Source: Vermamoeba vermiformis
Taxonomy: Eukaryota
Length of the DNA stretch: 64,000 bases
Direction: 5' to 3'
NCBI GenBank assembly: GCA_045837725.1
Contig: JBEWZL010000239.1
Coordinates: 620,001-684,000 of the forward strand
The notes below the pieces were generated by a model, which worked only from the letters and a program-made list of their open reading frames with translations, did not search any database and was not told the DNA's origin. Below, one piece after another: positions 27,122 to 38,583 of the stretch. How positions within the stretch are numbered: position 1 is the stretch's first letter; each line of letters begins with the position of its first letter. The translations under genes were made by a program, and so were the position numbers.

Positions 27122-27628
27122 GATTGATAATATTTCTTATGTACAATGCTCAAGTCTGGACTGCAAATTAAAATAATGGCGCTTTAATAAATTATTGCGA
27201 TCGAGTGGATCCATTTTTTAAATTGTACAAAGAGGCGCAAATTTGTGGCCAAAAAGCAACCATAATAATATAATAATATTACAATAGGTAACAGACGGTG
27301 CCCCTTGAAAAATAACTTACCACTTGTTGCGGCAAGACCAATTAATGAATGTTAAATGACTCCGAATAATTATTCACAAATAACTAGCACCCAGTATTCT
27401 GCGTAATTTCTGATAATTGAAGGTAGTCATATTTAATTGTTCGTTGAGTGATAGCGCTTCTCTGGGTTGAAAAATGGTTGCATCCACGCTAAATCCAGAA
27501 TTCATTGTCGAAATAAGTTGTTTTGAAGCTAAATATTATTTCGGAATAATTTTAAATACAGGTAATAGCCCGCAAATGCACAAGTAGCCTCTTCATTAAT
27601 TACATTCGGTTGAAATCCGTCGGTTTTC

Positions 27629-27989
27629 TCATTTCTTTTTGACAAGACCTTTGCTGCCCGCAGCTCGTGCTTGCAACTCTTTCAAGGCTTGGGCCTCTTC
27701 ACGTTGCTTTTGCTTGAAGGCAAGGTCTTCCTGTATTTACAAGCGAGTTATAATTACGCCGATCGATTCTTCAAAAATTACGTAAAATTAACGGTAATTA
27801 ATTAATATTATAGTTAAACACTATTAAATAATATTCTAGTGAGCACTTTACTTACGTCGGTCATTTCACCGCCTTGTTTCTTCGCGGCCTTCAAAGGCTT
27901 CTTTTTACCACCTGCGCAGCACATCCGTCAGTCATTTACGTCTTCAAGCCTAATATATCGTGCTCATACTCACCTTGTCGTCCAGACAT
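27629..27989 (-). CDS. TMA7: Translation machinery-associated protein 7
   Basis: Three exons give MSGRQGGKKKPLKAAKK...DEDLAFKQKQREE. Not in the ORF track. Confidence 0.9.
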
Positions 27990-28151
27990 GTTGTGTAGTG
28001 TTGTGTTTGTAAGTTAAATTATTTGCTCGCCTGTTTCGGACTTGTTTTTTACAGGCCGCAAAAATTCAGCCAAAAAAAACTGACGTCGATGCTGGCGTAT
28101 TATTTGATAGTATTATTGTAATATACATATCAACAATTAATATAACCAGCC

Positions 28152-31100
28152 ATGGACGATAAGAAACCTGATGACGGTGAATGTACGTTGGATAATGATT
28201 GATATTTTCAAATGGCATTACGCAGCTGAATTTCATTTGAAATTGCGTGCATATTATTACAACAGCAATTAAATAGCTCGATCATAGTGTTGCTATTTAC
28301 ATTCAAGCACATAATTTTTCAAAATAATTTTTCCAATTTTCCTTTCAATAATAATAATATTTGATTGCAGACGTGGTGCCGTACAAGTCCATGGACAAGG
28401 GCGCTATTCTCCAAGAGGCGCGCATATTGTTCAGTCAATCGCCGCTCAAGACTAGAGACTGCTACAACCTCACCACTAAAATTCTCTATCTTTTGATGAA
28501 AGGAGATGAGCTCAACACCAAAGAGGCCACTGATGTCTTCTTCGCAGTGACCAAGCTGTTTCAGTCCAATGATGTACGTAGCATGTGCAGACAAGCGATG
28601 TCAGATCTACCTTAACCTCGCTGCATCTAACTGATTGGTACCCATCAGCTCTCACTGCGCCGCATGGTGTATTTAGTGCTCAAAGAACTCACTGCAGTGG
28701 CGCAAGATGTGATTATAGCGATCAGTATTCTCGTCAAGGACATGAACAGCGAGCAAGACATTCAAAAGGCCAATGCGATCCGTGTCTTGTGTCGCATCAC
28801 TGATGTACGTGTTGCTAGTGCTATATATGATAGTGATATATATATATATAAGTATCCATACTCACGCCCCTCCAGACGACCATGTTAGCGCAGATCGAGC
28901 GCTACGTCAAGACAGCGCTGGTGGACAAGGACGCCTATGTGTCGAGCAGCGCGCTGGTCTCGTCGATGCACTTGACACACTCGAGCGCAGAGGTCGTGCG
29001 GCGCTGGGTCGATGAAGTGCAGAACGCGCTCAACGGCAAGACACAGATGGTGCAGTACCACGCCCTCGGTGTGCTGCACAAGATCCGTCAACACGATCGA
29101 CTCGCCGTGCTCAAAACTATCACCACACTCGCTAAGGGTACGTACGAGACTACGAGTGACACGTGTCAAATGCTGACTCGCACCGCACAGGCAGCACCAT
29201 TCGCTCCCCTTACGCGCACTGCTTGCTGATCCGCTACGTGACGCAGCTGTTGCAAGAGGGCACGGACAAGGAGCGCGATGCAGCACTGTACAGCTATCTC
29301 GAACAGTGTCTGCGCAATCGCAGCGAACTCGTCTCGTACGAGGCAGCACGTGCTTTCTGTTCACTGAAAACAGTCGATGCACGTGACATGAACAGCGTGA
29401 TTGCCGCACTGCAAATGTTGATGAACACCACCAAGGCTGCAATGAGATTTGCAGCTGTCAAGACACTGCACAGCGTAAGTACGACAGTTTGACACGCAAC
29501 ACGCTGATTGACACGTGTCACGCTTCAGATCGCAGACAAATATCCCGCACTCATCTCCAACACGTGCAGCACAGACCTCGAGGCGCTGATCGTGGACAGC
29601 AACAAGTCCGTGGCCGCACTGGCCATTGTGACGAGCATGAAGACTGAGGGCGAGGTCGGTGTGGACAAACTGCTGCGTCAACTGCCGAGTCTGATGCCCG
29701 AACTGCCCGACGAGCACAAGATTGTGATTGTGGACAGTGTGCGCGAACTCGTGGCCAAGTACCGCCACAAGCACCAAGCAGTGATCAATGCGCTGTCTGG
29801 ACTGATGCGCGACGGTGGCTACGAATTCAAGAAGACACTGGTCGAGACCATTCTGTTCATCATGAAAGAGGTCCCCGAGTCCAAGGAGTCTGCACTCACG
29901 CAGCTGTGCGAGTTCATCGAGGACTGCGAGTTCCCCGGCATGACAGCGCGCATCATTCACTTGCTCGGCACTGAAGGACCGCGCACATTGAATCCCTCGC
30001 GCTACATCCGCCACATCTACAACCGCATCATTCTCGAGTCCCCGCAGGTCCGTGCTTCAGCTGTGCAGGCCCTCACCAAGTTCGGTGTCTTGTTGCCCGA
30101 GCTCAAGCCCCGCATTGTGGCGCTGTTGAAGCGCTGCTTGATCGACAACGACGACGAGGTGCGCGACCGAGCCACACTGTGCTTGCATCTGTTGCAGCAA
30201 GAGGACGCCAAGGCACTCAAGCTCATCTTGCCCGAGGTCGATGTGCCGCTCGTCAATCTCAAGCGCGCACTCGTGCAGTACCTCGAACACCACGCGCAGC
30301 ACAAACAAGTGGCGCCCTTCGATGTGAGCACCGTGTCGCGCGAACAGATTGTGGAGAAGAAAGAGAAGAAAGAGACCAAAGCCGCGCCCGACAATGTGGC
30401 CCAGAAACAACTGCTCAGCATTCAACAGGCCAATGCCGCGGTCAATGTCGATGTTGTGCAGCAGAAGAATGAGGAGCTCGAGGCCAAGATTGAAGCTTTT
30501 CAACGTCAGTTCAAAGTCGGTGCGCTGTCACACACCACCAAGAGCAGCGACTTGACTGAAGCCGAGACTGAATTCGTGGTCAGCTGTGTCAAGCACTTCT
30601 TCGCCAATCACGTGCTCTTCCAAGTAAGTACCACAGACCTGCCCCTCAGCACCACTAACGCGACACTAGTTCAATGTGCGCAACACACTCAACGATCAAG
30701 TCATCGACAACGTCTCCGTGGAGATGGTGCCTGATGAGGACGCCGATGGATTCAAGTACGTCTGTTGACACGTGTCACATGTCGAAACTGACCTCTTTCT
30801 ACCAGGGTCGAAGCAGTGCTCGAAGCCAGTCGTGTGGGCTGCGGTGAGACACGTGCGGTGTGGCTCTTGTTGCACCGTCCCAGCAGTGCAGTGCCCGTCA
30901 CAGCTTCGTTCCACAACACACTCAAATTCACCACCAAGGACTGGGACTCCGCGAGTGGTGAGGTCGATGACAGCAGTGCCATGCCCGATCAGTATCAGAT
31001 TGAAGATGTGGAGATCTCCCTCGCCGATTACATCAAGGGCACAACTGTCGAAGAGTTTGCGGCACGCTGGGAAGAATTGGGCGAGGAACACGAGTGCACT

Positions 31101-31452
31101 GAGACCTTCTCGCTGTCCAATGCCAAGTCACTGCAAGGTAAGTGCTGGTCCCTCGCATATGTCGAGTCCAGCTATCATGTGCCTAGTCACAGTACTCACT
31201 CTTCATCGCACAGAGGGTGTGAAGGACATACTCGACTTCTTGGGCATGACACCGCAAGAGAAGAGCGATCTTGTGCCTGCTAAGCGCACGAAGCACGCCA
31301 TGTTCCTCGCAGGTGAATATCTCGGAGGTATTCCGCTCTTGGCACGTGTCAGAATGCAGATCCCACCGAGCGGCGGTGTCGGAGTGCAACTGTGCATCCG
31401 ATCCACTGACGGCGAGTTATCAGCTGCTATTGCTGGAGCTATGTTTGCCTAA
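28152..31452 (+). CDS. COPG: Coatomer subunit gamma
   Basis: ILQEAR, FFAVTKLFQSND, LRRMVYL, LCEFIEDCEF, YIRHIYNRIILE, DDEVRDRA, LTEAETEFVV. Confidence 0.95.
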
Positions 31453-31622
31453 TAGCATTGTAGTCAATAAACAGTTTTGTATCTCAATTCAGGACAGTTT
31501 GCCCAATGCAAATGTTGATGGACAACAGATCGAGTACAAAAAAGGAAATTGTCCATCACTGCGAACAACATAAAAAACTCGTTGTTGCGGTTTAGTATTG
31601 ATCAAATAGCAAAGTGAACGCA

Positions 31623-32868
31623 ATGCACAAGTATTTGCTGTTGTCTAGCTTATTCCAAATAGCCCTCTCGACTTCGCTAGCTGGACTAACCTTCGATCCG
31701 GTTCAGTTTAATCAGGACAATGATTGTGACGTCGATCTAACAGTAAGTAGCTACGAACATGCATTTCTCGTCTTACATCAACCTTCAGGACCTCTTGTCT
31801 CCGAACACTTCTCTGTCAGTTTCAGATCGAGCTCAACTCTCCTATTCTCTAGCGCAGTGTCATTGGCAGACTATGGATAGGCCATGGGTACAAATTTGTG
31901 ACAAAGATGTGCGTGATTGTCTGGCCTCATTGCCTAATTCGGCACTCGCGGACTGGATCCTGCATTGGACTTTGGTCTCGAAGGCAGAACGACACGTCAA
32001 AGCGACACTCAGACACTACACTACGCGAATGATGAGCATTGATGGCGAGAGACTGTCACGTGACATCTCTCAAGGCCAGGAACGGCTCTCTCACGAGATC
32101 TCAGCCCTGGTCGATGGTGCTGATCATCTCCGTGTCAAACACAGTCTGTTTGCAGCGGAGTTCACTGAATTTGTAGGACTTGTTCTATTTAAGGAAATGT
32201 ACTCACTTAGATCTCAGGTGACACGTTTGACACCTCTCCGCGCACTCGTTCAATCGTTGACACGTGCTGTCACGCACATTCGTACTCTGATGGATGCATT
32301 GAGTGCACACCACACGAGACTAGTCTGTAAGTGCTCATTCATACAGCGTCACAACTCTCGTACTAACAACGCGTTAGATATCTTTTGGATTGTGCGAACA
32401 GTGTGCCTGGTCCGCGTGCTCAGAGCGCCCTTCAATCGCGTGGCTTCGTGTCTCGGCACTGAGTGTCGTGTCAACTTCACGCGCGCAACGGATGGTCTCT
32501 TGTTCGTGCAGCTGTTCGTATTGTATCCACTATTCGCTGTGCAACTTTCACCTGCGGCCATATTACTGATGCATAGTGTAGCGTTGCTGCTCGGGTATCT
32601 GTGGCGTGGTCCTAGAGTGGAAAAGCAGATTCAAAGCACTGTCGCTGAATCACAATCTGATTGGTCGCGAGCGAGGCTGTCATTGTACCGTCAACTGCAG
32701 CAAGTAAGTAGTGCTATTGTACCTGTCAGACATGAGCTCATTGTTACTGTTCAGTGCGCTGATGTGCGTGCTCGTGTGAAGTTAAGACGCGAATGGACCA
32801 ATCAACGGTGCAGCCGATCGATCATTAGACATCTGCCAGGACACGGTTCAAGGGACAGTTCGCTTTAA
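31623..32868 (+). CDS. Hypothetical membrane protein
   Basis: Signal-like N-terminus, long open frame, gtaagt donors at ~31743, 32328 and 32704, and two hydrophobic segments near the C-terminus. Confidence 0.5.
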
Positions 32869-32910
32869 TTAGTGATGGGTTAAATGTACATAATAATTGT
32901 AAATAGCTCT

Positions 32911-35091
32911 TTAAAACACCATTTCATGTTCATCATCGTGACGTGCCTCGTGTTGCATCAACGAGGGAGTGGGTGAGTAGTAGTAGAACATGGGGTAGTT
33001 GAGAATGTTGTAGTAGTCCGCTGTGTGGTGCGTTAGACCAATCAGAATATAGACAATACGAACTTACTCGTGTACAGATCAGCATAGCGCTGCACTTGCA
33101 TGCCAAAAAAGGACAGTTTGAGGCCACTGCGGAACAGACTTCCGAACCACGTGTTGTACTCATTGTTCAACTCTTCAAGAGCCTCGCGCATCTGCTTGCG
33201 AATGAGCGTGGTGTCGGGCTGTGACTTGGCCGCGTAGTCCATGCCTCGGTAGATCTCTGACTTGATGTACTCGAGCTTGAGCAGGCGTTGGTAGATTGGC
33301 TGCACTTGTTTCCACACTTGCAGCTCTTTGCGCAGCTCAGGCACGACGAGCAGTGTGCGCCAGCCATGTTTCTTCTTTGAAATGATAATGTCTGCAAAGA
33401 TGTGATCTCCCGTGTACAGCACTCGATCACCGCTCTGAATGACACATGTCAACAATGAACTCACATTCACTGTGTCAAAATGAGGTACTTACAGTGACAT
33501 TTGCCAACTTTTCAAACAGCGTCATGTTGCCACCTTGATACACGCGGCCAGGTTGGAACTTGCCAGTCACGTGACCAATCTTCAACTGACCAGTCTCTTT
33601 GTCTACCTCGCGCAGGGTCGTACCTTTCATGAAAAATGCGGGCTTGGCAGCACTCACAATGACTTGGTCTGAATGTCTTAATGTTAGTGGTTGAGTTCTT
33701 TGCTCAGATAATGCATCATCACTCACCAAAGTATTCCATCCACGAGGTGTACTGGTCGTTGAAGCCATCGAGCAGGTACGACATGACCTTGTCGGTGTAG
33801 TACCAGGGACTGTTGGTCAGCAAGAAGGTCTGCTTCTTCCACTGCTTCAAGGTGTGCAAGAAGATGGACAGCTTTTCAGTGCGCACAATGTACCGTCCAA
33901 TGTCCTCGAGTGTCTTCTTCTTCAACGGACCATTGTCTGTGTGCACGCTAGGAGAGTGTGAGTGACACGTGTCAAACAAAGACTTCTGAGTCACGTACTA
34001 GTCAATGGCATAGCGCACATCGTGGAACAGATTGGCGTAAGAGATGTCTTCAATCGTCACGTCCTCGCTCTTCTTCAGCTGCGAGATGCCCTCGAGGTGC
34101 GTGACCAGATCTGTGTACAAACACGCCTCGGGCAACGTAAAAAGCGTGTTGAGGAGGTAAAAGCGCTTGCCAATATCATCACTGTGCACGCGCATTGAAG
34201 GATAGAACTCTGAAATGTTTTTTTTCTGAATTTTAGTTCGGCCGTGAACACAGGCGCTGATATTGCCAAAATTGTCTATTTTTAAAAAATTCCCCGTTTC
34301 AATGTCCAAAAAGAGACCTCTGCGATTATATTAGAACAAAATTATAGTGTGGTCATAATAACGTACCTGATTGAGTAATTAGGGTCGTATTTGAGTTCAG
34401 AAATGCTCTTCGGATAACCCATCTGCAACAACTTTTCGATAGCAAGTTCGTATTCAAGGAATTCATATTCCTGCGTGTAGACTATAACGCACATTAGTAT
34501 ACATATAATGGGGTGTTACGCGCATCGGTTACGTACTGGCTAACGTGTAGTCCATATCAACTGAAGTTAAAGGTAAGTCAAGGAAAATTAAAGTAAGAGC
34601 TTGATTAAGCTGAAATTCAAGTAGCAGCTAGTGTTTAGGATACAGCCAAAGTAGTCAATGGTGTCGAGTCTGAGCGGTCTATTCACGAATATACGCTGTT
34701 CGATGGGTCTCTTGTACATACTCGCCGGCGAAAGTTTTTCGAGATCAGCCTTGGTGAGCGAACCTTTATAAATGCTTTCCAAAATGTCATCTAGAGCATT
34801 GCAATTAGTGCTGGAACATTTTGTGATTTTTTTGATTTAATTTAATTATTTTTCGAATTACGCACGTTCGCAAAATTACAAATTGCAACTACTTAGTGAT
34901 GTAGAGGACCAGAAATACGGAATTACAATATAAAATATAATATCCAAAATAATCAGGAGCAGGTTTAGGTCAATTACAAAACAGGAAAATCTTTGTAAAC
35001 TGAATTTCACCGACCGACAGTGCTTACCGATCACTTTCTGCTTTTCGAGTCGTTCCATGCCAGAGTGTGTTAATGGGTTATCTCCTTCCAT
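32911..35091 (-). CDS. NT5C2: Cytosolic purine 5'-nucleotidase (cN-II, HAD family)
   Basis: RIFVNR, GFDMDYTLA, LNTLFTLPEA, FLLTNS, VSAAKP.FF, LYTGDHIFADI, GWRT.L.VPEL, RYADLY. Confidence 0.93.
34561..34643 (-). other. U12-type (minor spliceosome) GT-AG intron
   Basis: Donor GTATCCT, branch site TTTTCCTTGACT ~17 nt from the AG. Removal restores GFDMDYT. Confidence 0.8.
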
Positions 35092-35722
35092 AATAGAGTT
35101 TTGATTAAATTGGTGTTGCTTGGATTGCTGTTGTGTTGAAATTGAAAAATTCAATTGGCGAAATTTACTTTAGTTTTGCTACCTTTGCTTTCTTTTGAAG
35201 TAGGGTAAGTATACAGATTGGGATATACTTGACGGCATGCTAGTCGAACGGTTGAAGATTTATGCAAAGAAGAGGTAGGAATAATTTGGTTGCTTCGGAG
35301 ATTGATCCTTCAAGCCTAATTTTGGATTTACGAGCCGACAGTAGATTGGCATCGACAACGTACTTACATGGATAATTAAGATGAGGGAGTCAAGAAGTGA
35401 TGGATTTAATTTGTTCATCGGAGTCTGGTGGATCCGTTCTAACAAAATTTCACTGAAGTGCCCAAAAATGTCCGCGAGATTAATTGTTTGATTCAATAGT
35501 TCTGTAATGTAATTTTTGTACATAAACGAACTTCCAACTACATTTGTTGTACATTAGGCCTAATGTACAATAGAGTACTGTATAATTATTATTGACTGCT
35601 AAGACGGGAACAACTGTTCACTAAATGTGAAATTTGTTCATGAAAGGAATCACATGATATTTTCAGCGAGTCTAACAATATTTTATTCTTGCTGCTCAAA
35701 TTAGACACAAACACAACAAAGT

Positions 35723-38520
35723 ATGGACCCTAGAGTAATTCGTCGTATTAAGACTGTTCAAGACCACTTGATCACTCCTGCCTCTGAGGCGGATGTAGTG
35801 CGTGCTGAAACCGCCGGACAAGAGTACGGTCAGACCTTGAATGCTGAAATGCAAACCATGGCCGACGAGCGCAAGAAGTCCACATTCAATGTGCGCGAGA
35901 TGACCTACTTCTTGGACGAGGGACGACAGAACACTGAAGTGAAGGTGCGGATTTGAATTTTATTGGGTAAATTTAACCACTAATATATTTAATTATAGGA
36001 GCGCATTGCGTTACAAATCGAGCGTGACCCCGTCCTATTGAAGAAGAGATTTTTCGATTATTCGTTGGAGGAAGATCGCGCGAGGTAAGATCTCAGTTTC
36101 GGACTACGAACTAGTCGCGAATCTTTCTTTTAGTAGCAAACTAATCACTTAAATAATATTTTTATCACGTCCGTTCATCAAAGAAGCCTTTAAAAATTAT
36201 GATCTGGGGAACTGCGTTATTCCCAGCCGCGGGATGTACCGGACAGTACCCTTGAAATTCGTCCCAATACATCCCTATGATATATTATTGATCATATGTG
36301 CCTATATTTCCAGAACAATGGCTTCAGTTCGTCGCTCCGTCGCCGTTAGAAAACAATTGCGTGATCCGGCACTGACTCGTGTGTTTGGCGAGTTGATGGG
36401 CAAATATGACCGCGCATTTACGATGCGCACTTATGTGCACGACATTTTGTTCAACGAGACTATCTGGGCTCAAGGCACTGCTGAACAATACAAAGAGTGG
36501 GAGCCTCTGATCAAGAACTACAACGTGATTGGCTGCTTTGCCATGACTGAAATGGGTCACAGCTCATTCTTGCGAGGTAAGAGAGCATAGTGGTCGTATA
36601 ATAGAGGTCAAGAGATACTTCAAGTGTCAGATGTGTGAGCGGAGCACTAATCAGTTTCGTACTCCGAACAGGACTCGAGACCACAGCAACATTCGTGAAA
36701 GAAACAGATGAGTTCATCATTCACAGGTCTGTAGCGATGAGGACTGTATTTGTAGCTCCTATTAACGTGCTTGTAGCCCCACACTCACCTCGACCAAGTG
36801 GTGGATCGGCATGGCTGGTCAGGTACGTCCTTTGATTGGTTGATACAGAGGCCAGTGATTGACACGTGTCAAACAGACTGCTACACACACCGTCGCGTTG
36901 TGTCAATTAAAAGTTGACGACAAAGAGCACGGCCTCTACTGGTTCATCGTGCCCTTGCGTGACCGACACACCGGTGAATTGATGCCTGGTGTCTCGGCGG
37001 GTCATTTGGGCGCCAAGATGGGTCGCGGTGGCTTGGACAATGGTTGGATTCAGGTACTGACCGCACTTTGACACGTGTCACGTGATGTCTAACTCGTATT
37101 TGCAGTTCTCGAATGTCCGTGTGCCTCGTGGAAACATGTTGATGAAATGGGCTCAAGTAGCACGTGATGTACGTACTGACTAGTGTATGACAGGTGTCAA
37201 ACAATGACTCACAACGAATTATCAGGGTACTTTCACACCTCCTCCTAACGCAGCTATCTCTTACGCCACATTGATTGGTGAGCGCATCCTCGCGGTGCGT
37301 CCATTCATTAATAGCAAATTATGATCACGTGATTAATCTCCGTTCAGATGGTTTCAGTGCACGATCAAGTCGGTCAATGCGTCACTATTGCCACTCGTTA
37401 TGCCGCTGTGCGTCGTCAAGGAGCACGTGACGAACAAGTGTTGGACTACCAGTCACACTACTCGGTCCTGTTGCCCATCATTGCTGGTGTCTACGCCGTG
37501 CACTTCTTGCGCCGCACACTGGAGAAGTCGTGGAAAGACACCTTGGAGGGCTCGACTGAAGAGTTGCTGCGCGTGATTCAAGACTACCACGCCATTGCTG
37601 CTGGTCTCAAGGCCTGGTTTGGCTGGTGGGGTGCTGATGCTCTTGAAGCCATTCGTCGCAGTACGTACTAGTCTTGAGTGTTCGAGGAAATTTTCTAACA
37701 TGAAACAGCTCTCGGAGGTCATGGCTACAGTGCTTACAACGCCGTGGCTGGTCACCTCGCTGACTACGGTGTCATCACCACTGGTGGCGGTGACAACACT
37801 ATTCTCGCACAACAATGCGCGCGTTATTTGTTGAGCTCGTTGCAGCGTGCTCGTCAAGGCAAGGCGCTGTTGGACTCAGTCAAATACTTTGGCAAGTGGA
37901 AGGAGCTCTTGGGCCAGAAGAGATTCACTGTGCAACGCGCTGAAGAACTCAGCAATGCCGAGAACTATTTGACTGCCTTGCGCTGGTTGTCCGTCACCTT
38001 GGTTGGCAAGGCTGGTGAACGATTGGCCAGTGCGATGAGCAGCGGTCAAGACCCGAGTGATGCGTGGAACAACAACTTGATGGAGCTGATCAACTGCTCC
38101 AAGCCTCATTCAGTGCTCTACGTGGTGGAGACCTTCCATCGCATGATTGACACGGCTCAAGATGCCTCGCTCAAGCCTGTCTTGAAGCAGTTGTGCGACT
38201 TGTTTGCCATGCACTATTTGAAGCAGTTCTTGGTGCACTTCATCGAGCACGGCTACATGACTGCCGAACAAGCGCAGTTGATTCGTCAATACGAACTCAC
38301 TCTCTGCAAGCAATTGCGTCCCAATGCCGTGCCACTCGTCGATGCACTCAACATCCCCGATTGGATCTTGAAGGCTCCAATTGGTCGCTACGACGGCAAC
38401 ATTTACGAGAACTATTTCCGCACCATTCTCGAGGCCACTACTTCTGACACTGTGCACGGTGGTACTACTCCGTATTGGAGCAAAGAAGTTGCACCTCTTA
38501 CTAGCCCTCACCACCAGTAA
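35723..38520 (+). CDS. ACOX: Peroxisomal acyl-CoA oxidase
   Basis: GCFAMTEMGHSS, GLETTAT, TKWWIG, DNGWI, IATRYAAVRRQ, GGHGY, LRPNAVPLVDA, IGRYDGNIYE. N-terminal PTS2-like RIKTVQDHL. Confidence 0.95.
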
Positions 38521-38583
38521 AGTGATCAATTTGTATCAGTAAAGTAATTTCAACAAAAAATCAAGTTTTATTCACAAAAAGGT

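Noticed and set aside
27300-27600. Possible relic exons between uridine kinase and TMA7
   Set aside because: Only short frames and isolated splice-like signals, with no recognisable product.
35260-35523. 87-aa minus-strand ORF between cN-II and ACOX
   Set aside because: No recognisable motif or clear splice context. It could be a relic, but this is unsupported.
36231-36275. TPP riboswitch in the ACOX intron (GTACCCTTGAA resembles part of the aptamer)
   Set aside because: Lacks the CUGAGA and GAACCUGA...AAU core, and the gene is unrelated to thiamine.
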